DNA of 32,000 nucleotides from Dickeya solani IPO 2222 (GTDB lineage Bacteria; Pseudomonadota; Gammaproteobacteria; Enterobacterales; Enterobacteriaceae): NCBI RefSeq assembly GCF_001644705.1, contig NZ_CP015137.1, positions 1,680,001 to 1,712,000 of the forward strand, read 5' to 3'. Shown piece by piece: positions 23,855 to 32,000 of this stretch (position 1 is its first letter; each line of letters starts with the position of its first letter). The notes under the pieces were generated by a model. It saw only the letters and a program-made list of their open reading frames with translations, ran no database searches and was not told where the DNA came from. The position numbers and the translations under genes were made by a program.

Positions 23855-24859
23855 TTACGGGCGAGCCACGAATCCAACCACGTCATACACCTTGCGCAGC
23901 GTTTCCTGCGCGCGGGCGCTGGCTTTCTGCGCGCCGTCACGCATGACCTGCTGCAGGAAGGCTTCATCATCGCGGAAGCGGTGATAACGCGCCTGCAACT
24001 CGCTCAGCATGCCGGAGACGGCGTCCGCCACCGCGCCTTTCAGGTGACCATACATCTGGCCGTCGAACGCCTTCTCCAGCTCGGGAATGGATTTCCCCGT
24101 CACCCCGGAGAGAATATCCAGCAGATTGGATACGCCGGCCTTGTTTTGCAGGTCGTAACGCACCACCGGCGGCTCGTCGGAATCCGTTACCGCGCGTTTG
24201 ATCTTCTTCACCACCGATTTCGGGTCTTCCAGCAGGCCGATGACGTTATTGCGGTTGTCATCCGATTTGGACATTTTCCTGGTCGGCTCCAGCAGCGACA
24301 TCACCCGCGCCCCGGATTTAGGAATGAACGGCTCCGGAATACGGAAGATTTCACCGTAAATCGTGTTGAAACGCTGGGCGATATCACGACTCAGTTCCAG
24401 ATGCTGTTTCTGGTCTTCTCCGACCGGCACCTGATTGGTCTGGTACAGCAGGATATCGGCCGCCATCAATACCGGATAGTCGAACAGGCCGGCGTTGATG
24501 TTTTCTTCATAACGGGCGGACTTGTCCTTGAACTGGGTCATACGGCTCAGTTCGCCGAAATAGGTGTAGCAGTTCAGCAGCCAGCTCAGCTGCGCGTGCT
24601 CCGGCACATGCGACTGAACGAAAATTGTGCTCTTTTGCGGGTCGATGCCACAAGCCAGATAGAGCGCCAGCGTGTCCAGCGTCGCCTTGCGCAGTTGCTG
24701 CGGATCCTGACGCACGGTAATAGCATGCTGATCCACGATGCAATAGATGCAGTCAAAATCATCCTGCATGTTGACCCACTGACGTAACGCACCCATGTAG
24801 TTACCAATGGTCAACTCGCCTGACGGCTGTGCGCCGCTAAATACAATGGGCTTACTCAT
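23855..24859 (-). CDS. trpS: Tryptophan--tRNA ligase
   Basis: 334 aa from the Met at 24859 ([29 protein letters not shown]...KMSKS). It is near-identical to E. coli TrpS. Confidence 0.96.
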   Translation of the reverse strand: MSKPIVFSGAQPSGELTIGNYMGALRQWVNMQDDFDCIYCIVDQHAITVRQDPQQLRKATLDTLALYLACGIDPQKSTIFVQSHVPEHAQLSWLLNCYTYFGELSRMTQFKDKSARYEENINAGLFDYPVLMAADILLYQTNQVPVGEDQKQHLELSRDIAQRFNTIYGEIFRIPEPFIPKSGARVMSLLEPTRKMSKSDDNRNNVIGLLEDPKSVVKKIKRAVTDSDEPPVVRYDLQNKAGVSNLLDILSGVTGKSIPELEKAFDGQMYGHLKGAVADAVSGMLSELQARYHRFRDDEAFLQQVMRDGAQKASARAQETLRKVYDVVGFVARP

Positions 24860-24860
24860 G

Positions 24861-25559
24861 TCATGCTTCCTGATCGTTTGAAAGGGATAACCCGGCAAGG
24901 GTCAATAAATCCGCGAAGCGATCCAGCACCACGTCGGGGTGGCTCAGGGCGATCGCCTCACCATAGTTATAGCCATACGTCATGCCGACGCACGGACATC
25001 CGGCGGCCCGCGCCGCCTGTATATCATTGCGCGAATCGCCGACGAACAGCAACTCGTTCGCTCGCAGACCGAGCTTGCCCAGTACCATGTAAAGCGGCGC
25101 CGGATGCGGCTTCTTCTCGGTCACGTCATCACCGCCCAGGATCAGCGAAAAATCGTTGCCGATCCCCAGCATCTCCAGCAACGGCGCGACAAACGGCGTT
25201 GGCTTATTGGTAATGACCGCCATGCAAAAACCGCGTTCGGCCAATTGGGCCAGTGTTTCCTGCACGCCCGGAAACAGCTGGCTACCACTGTCCACCGTGC
25301 GGGCATAATACTTGTCGAACAGCGAACGGGCATCCTGAACCTGCCGTGCCGTCGGCTCCATGCCAGCCCAGCGCAATGCGCGCTCCACCAGCACATCGGC
25401 GCCGTTGCCAATCCAGGTGGACACTCGCGCTTCGCCCGCCCGAGGCAGTGATAACGCGCCCAATGTCATATCGACCGCTTCGGCCAGCCCCGGCGCGCTG
25501 TTGATCAGCGTGCCGTCAAGGTCGAATGCTAATCCGCGAATCGCAGCAAAATCAGCCAT
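24861..25559 (-). CDS. gph: Phosphoglycolate phosphatase (HAD family)
   Basis: Start at the Met at 25559 ([18 protein letters not shown]...). The HAD motifs DLDGTL, TNKP and GDSRNDI are present. The gene overlaps the rpe stop by 8 nt. Confidence 0.9.
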   Translation of the reverse strand: MADFAAIRGLAFDLDGTLINSAPGLAEAVDMTLGALSLPRAGEARVSTWIGNGADVLVERALRWAGMEPTARQVQDARSLFDKYYARTVDSGSQLFPGVQETLAQLAERGFCMAVITNKPTPFVAPLLEMLGIGNDFSLILGGDDVTEKKPHPAPLYMVLGKLGLRANELLFVGDSRNDIQAARAAGCPCVGMTYGYNYGEAIALSHPDVVLDRFADLLTLAGLSLSNDQEA

Positions 25560-26229
25560 GACGTACCGCCTCCAGTTCCTGTCGCATACGTGCAATCACC
25601 GCCCGGTAATCCGGCTGGCCGAAAATCGCCGAGCCGGCGACAAACATATCCGCCCCGGCAGCCGCAATCTGCGCGATGTTATCTACTTTAACGCCGCCAT
25701 CCACTTCCAGGCGAATATCGTAGCCGCTTTCATCAATCCGCTGGCGCACCTGACGCAGCTTATCCAGCGTGGACGGAATGAAAGACTGGCCGCCAAAGCC
25801 CGGATTGACGGACATCAGCAGAATAATGTCCAGTTTATCCATCACGTAATCGAGATAATTCAGCGAGGTGGCAGGGTTAAACACCAAACCGGCCTTACAA
25901 CCGTGATCTTTGATCAATTGCAGGGTGCGGTCGACATGCTCGGACGCTTCAGGATGAAACGTGATGAAACTGGCGCCGGCTTCGGCAAAATCGGGGATCA
26001 ACCGATCCACCGGTTTTACCATCAGATGCACATCCACCGGTGCGGTGATGCCATAGTTGCGCAGAGATTTCAGCACCAGCGGACCGATAGTCAGATTGGG
26101 AACATAGTGATTGTCCATCACGTCAAAGTGGACCACATCCGCCCCGGCCGTCAGGGCTTGCGCCGTGTCCTCGCCAAGACGGGCAAAATCAGCCGACAAA
26201 ATAGACGGGGCGATTAAAAACGGTTTCAT
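25552..26229 (-). CDS. rpe: Ribulose-phosphate 3-epimerase
   Basis: 225 aa from the Met at 26229 ([22 protein letters not shown]...), near-identical to E. coli Rpe. Confidence 0.95.
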   Translation of the reverse strand: MKPFLIAPSILSADFARLGEDTAQALTAGADVVHFDVMDNHYVPNLTIGPLVLKSLRNYGITAPVDVHLMVKPVDRLIPDFAEAGASFITFHPEASEHVDRTLQLIKDHGCKAGLVFNPATSLNYLDYVMDKLDIILLMSVNPGFGGQSFIPSTLDKLRQVRQRIDESGYDIRLEVDGGVKVDNIAQIAAAGADMFVAGSAIFGQPDYRAVIARMRQELEAVRHG

Positions 26230-26365
26230 GCGTTTCTCCAAACCATCAAGTCTGCATTTTGCTGCCGGGCGCTATTGGTTAATCGCACACCTGCGCAGCC
26301 ACTCTGTGGGGGAACAACCCTTTGACTTCCTCACATCGCCCATCCGCCCAGCGCGTCCTTCACTC

Positions 26366-27193
26366 TCAGGACGCCGCCTGACAATATAACGCCAGCAACT
26401 CGTTGACCTTGCTGCGTCCCGAAATATTGCGGCTGATGGTGCGACGCGCCTTGACCACATACAACGACGAGGCATCACGGTACCATTCACGAGTCAGTAC
26501 GGTATCGTGATTGGAAATCAGTACCGGGATCTGGCTTTGCGACGACAACTGCTGCGCCAACTGCGCCAGATTCTGTTGGTCCTGATTGTTAAAGTTGTTG
26601 GTGTGGTACGCCGTAAAGTTGGCCGTAGCCGACAGCGGCGCGTAAGGCGGGTCGCAATACACCACCGAACCCGAAGTAGCGTTAGTCAGCGTCTGCTGAT
26701 AATGCTCGCACACGAACGTGGCGTTCTGCGCCTTTTCCGCAAACCAATAAAGCTCTTCTTCCGGAAAATAGGGTTTCTTATAGCGCCCGAATGGCACATT
26801 GAACTCGCCACGCATGTTATAGCGGCATAGGCCGTTATAACAATGGCGATTCAGATACAGAAACAGCAACGCCCGACGATAATCATCGGTACAGAGATTG
26901 AACTCCTCTCTCAACCGATAAAAAACATCCGAGGTATTCACTTCATCAATAAACAGCTCGCGGGCGTCCCTGATGAAAGCATCGGTTTCATTTTTGACAA
27001 TTTTATAGAGATTAATCAGATCGTTGTTGATATCCGCCAAAATATAACTGTCGTAGTCAGTATTGAGAAATACGGAACCCGCGCCCACGAAAGGCTCGAT
27101 TAATCGCTCTCCCGCTGGCAGATATCGGCGAATCTCCTCCACCAGCGGATATTTCCCACCGGCCCATTTTAAGAACGCGCGGTTTTTCTTCAT
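26366..27193 (-). CDS. dam: DNA adenine methyltransferase (GATC)
   Basis: The 275-aa product has MKKNRAFLKWAGGKYPL, FVGAGSVF and the DPPY catalytic motif. Confidence 0.95.
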   Translation of the reverse strand: MKKNRAFLKWAGGKYPLVEEIRRYLPAGERLIEPFVGAGSVFLNTDYDSYILADINNDLINLYKIVKNETDAFIRDARELFIDEVNTSDVFYRLREEFNLCTDDYRRALLFLYLNRHCYNGLCRYNMRGEFNVPFGRYKKPYFPEEELYWFAEKAQNATFVCEHYQQTLTNATSGSVVYCDPPYAPLSATANFTAYHTNNFNNQDQQNLAQLAQQLSSQSQIPVLISNHDTVLTREWYRDASSLYVVKARRTISRNISGRSKVNELLALYCQAAS

Positions 27194-27269
27194 GCCGTCG
27201 TTAGTTACTCACACAGTTCAGAGCCACGGATTGTACTCTGTTAAGACAGCACATCAGGGCCAATTGGTC

Positions 27270-28310
27270 TTACTTGGTCAAGTCCTGCTTCACCTGACGG
27301 ATCGGCCTGACCCATGGTTTTTTCGCCTGAACATCAGCAGGCAAGGACGCAACGGCGCGTTTGGCATCCTCCGGCGAGGCGTAAACACCATTCACCAGAA
27401 CATACCAGGGCCGCCCATCACGTTTCGTTTCATATACCCAGTAATTCGCCAGCCGCTGTTCCCGGGCATACGCCTTGAGGGACTCTTCGCGGGACGCGCT
27501 GCTGAGCTGCAAAGTAAAGTGGCCGGCCGGCGCACTCTGGATAGCCGTACCGCTCTGGCTTCCGGCTGACGCCGCCGGTTTGCTGGCCGGTGCGGGCGTC
27601 ACGGCCGTCGTGGGTGCCCGATGCGCATTCGCGGCAGGTTTAGCGCTCTCTTTCGCCTCAGCGACGGTTTTATGAGATGCCGGAGAGGGTTGTTTTTCCG
27701 CCTGGACATGGGAAGGCGATTTCTCCACAAGCTGAGCACGTCCGCCTTTGGTTGCCGGCGCCAGCACGGTCGCCGGTTCAGTCGGCAACCCGGAAGAGAA
27801 CGCATTCACCCGATCCTGTTGCTGGGGCTGCGACAGCGCATCGGTAATATTACCCGGCAATTCAATACGCTGCTGGTTGTTATTCTGCGAAGGCAACGGC
27901 GCCTGCGTGGGCGTACCGGAAACAGGCTGACCACTCAACGTCTGCGGAGAGCCAGTACCCGCATTCGGATTCTGGGCAGCGACCGGTGCCGGAGAAGATG
28001 GCTGAGGCGCCGCCGGTGGCGGTGTTCCCGGTTCCTGACTGGCAGACATAGACGATGACAGATCGATATTCCTGCCAGAGCCTGCTGGTTGCGACGGAGC
28101 CGAAGACGTATTCTGGCCGGGAGATTGCAGAGCAGAACCAATGCCGATGATCAGCAGCACCAGTACCACAATACCGATACCAATCATGGTGTGTTGTCTG
28201 GATAACGAAACACTGGGGGCAGAGAAGCCTTTGCTTCTTCTCTGCTGGCGCGCAGGGCGTCGATCGCTGGTATCCGGCTTCAATTCTTCTTCCGGATTGA
28301 ACTCATCCAT
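27270..28310 (-). CDS. damX: Cell-division protein DamX (SPOR domain)
   Basis: 346 aa with one TM helix (IGIGIVVLVLLIIGIG), a long Pro/Gln/Ala-rich linker and a C-terminal SPOR domain (HFTLQLSSASREESLKAYA...WYVLVNGVYASPEDAKRAV). It lies between aroB and dam. Confidence 0.9.
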   Translation of the reverse strand: MDEFNPEEELKPDTSDRRPARQQRRSKGFSAPSVSLSRQHTMIGIGIVVLVLLIIGIGSALQSPGQNTSSAPSQPAGSGRNIDLSSSMSASQEPGTPPPAAPQPSSPAPVAAQNPNAGTGSPQTLSGQPVSGTPTQAPLPSQNNNQQRIELPGNITDALSQPQQQDRVNAFSSGLPTEPATVLAPATKGGRAQLVEKSPSHVQAEKQPSPASHKTVAEAKESAKPAANAHRAPTTAVTPAPASKPAASAGSQSGTAIQSAPAGHFTLQLSSASREESLKAYAREQRLANYWVYETKRDGRPWYVLVNGVYASPEDAKRAVASLPADVQAKKPWVRPIRQVKQDLTK

Positions 28311-28444
28311 TTATACCCTCCAACTGAAAGGCTAGCTTCCGCGGATATCTGACACTGCGAAAGTCTAAATCATAAGGCATTGTATTTTAAACGTAAACCA
28401 CCACAACTCCACCTGCTGGCTATTCAGCCAGTCAGCGGGGGCGT

Positions 28445-29530
28445 TCAGGGAAGGCAGTCGGCAATGGATGCCAGCACCAGCTCGTGCGATACGCCCGATC
28501 TGATTTCCGACTGACCTATCGCCGTGGGCAGAACCAGACGCAGTTCTCCCGCCAGCACCTTCTTATCCCGCATCATGTGCGGCAGATACGCTTCCGGAGC
28601 CATTTCACGCGGCCCGGTGACAGGCAATCCAGCCCGCAGCAATAGCGCCCTGATGCGCTCGACATCGTCAGCGCCAAACTGCCCGAGACGGCGTGCGGCC
28701 TGAGCCGCCATGACCATGCCCGCCGCTACGGCTTCGCCATGCAGCCAGTTGCCGTAACCCATTTCCGCTTCAATGGCATGTCCATAAGTGTGGCCCAAAT
28801 TCAGCAAGGCACGCAGTCCGGATTCACGTTCATCCGCCGCCACGACCTCCGCCTTCAGTTCGCAACAACGGCGGATACAGTAAGCCAACGGTTCATCCTG
28901 CAGCTTGCGCACAGCGTCAATATGATCTTCCAGCCATTCGAAAAACGCACGATCAAGGATGATGCCATACTTGATCACTTCAGCCAGACCGGAGGAGAGC
29001 TCACGTGCAGGCAACGTCTTAAGACAATCCAGATCGACCACCACCGAAGCAGGCTGGTAGAACGCGCCAATCATATTTTTGCCTAGCGGATGGTTGACGG
29101 CGGTTTTTCCGCCGACGGAAGAATCGACCTGCGCCAGCAACGTAGTCGGAACCTGAATGAAGCGAACGCCGCGCTGATAACAGGCGGCGGCAAAGCCGGT
29201 CAGGTCACCGATAACGCCGCCGCCCAACGCGACCAGCGTGGTGTCGCGCCCATGCGGCCGTGCCAGCAAGGCGGAAAACACCTGCTCCAGCACGGCTAAA
29301 GACTTAAACTGCTCGCCATCAGGCAGAATCACCTGATCAACCCGCACACCGCTTTTTTCCAACAAATCACGCAACGCATCCAGATAAAGCGGCGCCAACG
29401 TCTCGTTGGTCACCAGCATAGCCTGATCGCCAGCCTTCAGCGGCATAAAAGAAGCCGCGTCGTTGAAAAGACCGGCGGCTATCGTAATGGGGTAACTGCG
29501 TTCCCCGAGGGTTACGGTGACTCTTTCCAT
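28445..29530 (-). CDS. aroB: 3-dehydroquinate synthase
   Basis: The 361-aa product has [23 protein letters not shown] and the HTYGHAIE motifs. Confidence 0.95.
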   Translation of the reverse strand: MERVTVTLGERSYPITIAAGLFNDAASFMPLKAGDQAMLVTNETLAPLYLDALRDLLEKSGVRVDQVILPDGEQFKSLAVLEQVFSALLARPHGRDTTLVALGGGVIGDLTGFAAACYQRGVRFIQVPTTLLAQVDSSVGGKTAVNHPLGKNMIGAFYQPASVVVDLDCLKTLPARELSSGLAEVIKYGIILDRAFFEWLEDHIDAVRKLQDEPLAYCIRRCCELKAEVVAADERESGLRALLNLGHTYGHAIEAEMGYGNWLHGEAVAAGMVMAAQAARRLGQFGADDVERIRALLLRAGLPVTGPREMAPEAYLPHMMRDKKVLAGELRLVLPTAIGQSEIRSGVSHELVLASIADCLP

Positions 29531-29583
29531 GCGCGTTCCATTGATCTGTCAGAAGCCTGCGGTGTGCAGGAGATTACATAAAA

Positions 29584-30105
29584 TCAGTTGCTTTCCAGCA
29601 TGCTGATGATCTGGTTGGCAACGACCTTGGCGCTTTGTTCATCAGTGCGAATCGTGACATCGGCGATTTCTTCATACAGCGGATTACGCTCTTTCGCCAA
29701 TGCCTCCAGCACTTCACGTGGTGGGGTTTCAACCTGAAGCAACGGACGTTTTTTATCTCGTTGAGTACGGGCCAACTGTTTTTCAATGGTGGTTTCCAGA
29801 TACACCACCACGCCACGTGCAGACAGGCGATTGCGGGTTTCGCGTGATTTCACCGAACCGCCGCCAGTTGCCAGTACAATGCCCTGCTTTTCCGTCAATT
29901 CATTAATGACTTTCTCTTCGCGCTCGCGGAAGCCTTCCTCGCCTTCCACATCAAATACCCAGCCCACATCAGCCCCGGTACGTCGCTCAATTTCTTGATC
30001 GGAGTCGAAAAATTCCATATTGAGCTGCTGAGCTAACTGACGGCCAATAGTGCTTTTGCCGGCACCCATAGGCCCAACCAGAAAGATATTGCGTTTCTCT
30101 GCCAT
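29584..30105 (-). CDS. aroK: Shikimate kinase I
   Basis: 173 aa from the Met at 30105 ([32 protein letters not shown]...), near-identical to E. coli AroK. Confidence 0.95.
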   Translation of the reverse strand: MAEKRNIFLVGPMGAGKSTIGRQLAQQLNMEFFDSDQEIERRTGADVGWVFDVEGEEGFREREEKVINELTEKQGIVLATGGGSVKSRETRNRLSARGVVVYLETTIEKQLARTQRDKKRPLLQVETPPREVLEALAKERNPLYEEIADVTIRTDEQSAKVVANQIISMLESN

Positions 30106-30407
30106 TTTTTTGGTATTACTAAGAAATTCGTTAATGATAACCCGCCCCGCCATGTAACCTGCGGCGGAACCTAAACTGAAACCTCATGAGCGATAGTGCG
30201 AGAATCAGACAAAAAATTATCTCAATACTCTGGGTAGTTTGGCAACCGAATAAAATGCCACACGAATCAGGCAGCGATAAACCGTGCGTTTTATCTATAC
30301 TCCGCTGATGTAACACCACTTCCGTGCTCAAGCCGCTATCCTTGTATGCTAAAACGAGGGTATCGTCAAACGATGAAGGGCACTATTTAACTAAAGCGGG
30401 TTAACAA

Positions 30408-30424
30408 AGCGGGCCCGCCCCGCT
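30408..30424. terminator. GC-rich palindromic hairpin between hofQ and the aroK promoter region
   Basis: AGCGGG - CCCGC - CCCGCT, followed on the plus strand by CGTTTTCC and on the minus strand by TTGTTAA. Confidence 0.4.
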
Positions 30425-30441
30425 CGTTTTCCTGCCCACTT

Positions 30442-31746
30442 TCAGGCCGCCGGAGCGCGCCTGACCGACTGAATCAGCGTCGGGGTAATAAAGATCACCA
30501 GCTCGCGGCGCGTGTGCTGCTGATTGTCGCTGCGGAACCATTGCCCTATACCCGGCAGCGCGCTCAGCCCCGGGACCTGCCGTTCCCCCTGATTCTTCTG
30601 CTGCTGGAAAATACCGCCCAGCACAATGGTTTCACCATCCTGAACCGTCACCTGAGTCTGGATTTCCTGTTTATCGATCGCCAGTATCTCGGCCCCTTCT
30701 CCCTGTTTGATGGCACGCCCCGGCATATTCTGACTAATCAACAGATTGAGCGTGATCTGCCCGCCATGCAGAATCCTGGGCGTGACTTCCATTCCCAACA
30801 CCGCTTCCTTGAACTCAATCGACGTTGAACCACTGGCGCCGCTGGACACCTGATACGGGATTTCAGTGCCCTGCTTGATGCTGGCCGTCTGCTGATGCGC
30901 GGTAAACAGGCGCGGACTGGCGATGATCTCGACTTCATTTTCCTGTTCCAGCGCCATCAATTCCAGATCCAGCAGTCGCCCGTTCAACTTCGCCAGATGA
31001 AACCCGGCATTGATAGCGGACGATTCCACCGGCAGGCTGACGCTGAAATTGTTCATTTGCAGCGCCTGGCCCGTCGTCGTGGCATCGCCCAGCCCCCAGT
31101 TAACGCCCAGCGCCTTAAGATGTTCGCTACTGATGGTCACGATATGCGCCGCCAGTTGCACCTGCGCCAGCGGTTTGTCCAGTTCCCCGACCCAGGGGCG
31201 AATTTGCTCCAGTGCGGCAGCGACATCCCTCACCAACAGCGTATTGGTGCGCTTGTCCACCGTTACGCTGCCACGCTCGGTCAGTAAAGTACCGCGCTGA
31301 CTCTGCAGGCTCGTTACCACATCGGCGGCTTCCGCATACTGCAGGGTAACGGACAAATTCTGCAACGGCAGTTGCTGACGCTGTTTGGCTGCCAGCTCCT
31401 CCTGCTGCCGCTGCCGATCTTTCAGATAGGTATCGGGGTAGACCATCATGACGCTGTCCTGCCGTTCAATCGTCAACTGTCCCATACGCAAAATAATATC
31501 GAGCGCCTGCTGCCAGGGAACCTGCTGCAAATTCAGGCTGACGTTGCCCGTCACGCCCGGCGCCACCACCAGATTAAGCTGCTGATGATCGGCCAACGCC
31601 TGCAAGACGCGCTGAACCGGTACATCGTCGAACGCCAGCGAAACCGGCTCGTCGCCTCGGGCTTCGGCCAGCATGCTGCTAAACAGCATCATCACCAGCC
31701 ATCCGTACCAACGTAGCCGTCTGCCGGGAAAACATCCTGTCTTCAT
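30442..31746 (-). CDS. hofQ: DNA-uptake / type IV pilus secretin HofQ (ComE homolog)
   Basis: 434-aa ORF. It has the secretin C-domain (IIASPRLFTAHQQTASIKQGTEIPYQ...ETIVLGGIF...VPGLSALPGIGQWFR...RRELVIFITPTL) and is collinear with E. coli HofQ. The true start may be an internal Met. Confidence 0.88.
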   Translation of the reverse strand: MKTGCFPGRRLRWYGWLVMMLFSSMLAEARGDEPVSLAFDDVPVQRVLQALADHQQLNLVVAPGVTGNVSLNLQQVPWQQALDIILRMGQLTIERQDSVMMVYPDTYLKDRQRQQEELAAKQRQQLPLQNLSVTLQYAEAADVVTSLQSQRGTLLTERGSVTVDKRTNTLLVRDVAAALEQIRPWVGELDKPLAQVQLAAHIVTISSEHLKALGVNWGLGDATTTGQALQMNNFSVSLPVESSAINAGFHLAKLNGRLLDLELMALEQENEVEIIASPRLFTAHQQTASIKQGTEIPYQVSSGASGSTSIEFKEAVLGMEVTPRILHGGQITLNLLISQNMPGRAIKQGEGAEILAIDKQEIQTQVTVQDGETIVLGGIFQQQKNQGERQVPGLSALPGIGQWFRSDNQQHTRRELVIFITPTLIQSVRRAPAA

Positions 31747-31749
31747 GCG

Positions 31750-32000
31750 TTATTCCTTTTTGTGATGAAAGGGCGAACCAAGATGAAGTTCCGCTGCCCC
31801 ACAGCGCGCCTTCTCGTCTGCCGGGCGCAACGTGGCGCCAGTGCGATCCAGCCGCGTAATCCGCCAGTCGCCGGGCGGGATAACGTCGCCACCGCGGACG
31901 CGCAGCCAGCCGCTTTGCGTCTGCGCCAGCCATCCGACCCACTGCGATGACGAGCCCACCATCCCTTTCAACCGCCATTCACCCGGTAACGTTCGGCTCT
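31750..32000 (-). CDS. hofP: HofP (DUF2531 family) pilus/DNA-uptake protein, 5' end outside the window
   Basis: The frame is open to the window edge (...EWRLKGMVGSSSQWVGWLAQTQSGWLRVRGGDVIPPGDWRITRLD...), and its stop lies 4 nt before the hofQ start. The track 'start' at 31971 is a TTG inside the gene. Confidence 0.6.
   Translation of the reverse strand, partial: SRTLPGEWRLKGMVGSSSQWVGWLAQTQSGWLRVRGGDVIPPGDWRITRLDRTGATLRPADEKARCGAAELHLGSPFHHKKE

Overview
This is an enterobacterial chromosomal window that looks like Dickeya or another soft-rot Pectobacteriaceae, judged from gene content recalled from memory; no searches were run. Two conserved housekeeping blocks flank an accessory region. The left block is yheT-yheU-prkB, yhfA, crp and argD-pabA. 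The right block is ppiA, an enolase-superfamily gene, and trpS-gph-rpe-dam-damX-aroB-aroK-hofQ-hofP. About 15.7 kb of accessory DNA lies between pabA and ppiA (about 5.9-21.5 kb). It contains six parts. (1) A GTG-started regulator with an ATPase-dead sigma54-activator-like domain fused to an AraC HTH. (2) An XRE-family HTH gene broken by a frameshift at an A9 tract. (3) The most interesting locus: a signal-less S8 subtilase carrying the C-terminal domain typical of cyanobactin PatA/PatG proteases, followed by an untracked 49-aa peptide gene with a strong RBS and its own terminator. No other RiPP, export or immunity genes are present, and base composition switches sharply inside the protease gene. 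(4) An orphan GH19 endolysin-like muramidase. (5) A tightly coupled four-gene operon: group II PLP decarboxylase, the pentameric ligand-gated channel ELIC, a Cache-domain membrane protein with an unrecognisable cytoplasmic domain, and an MFS transporter. (6) The pectate lyase cluster pelB-pelC-pelZ, whose duplicated promoters carry KdgR and CRP-like boxes. An ERIC/IRU repeat lies upstream of crp. No tRNA, rRNA, CRISPR or IS element was seen. All long antisense ORFs in the track look like GC-driven shadow ORFs.
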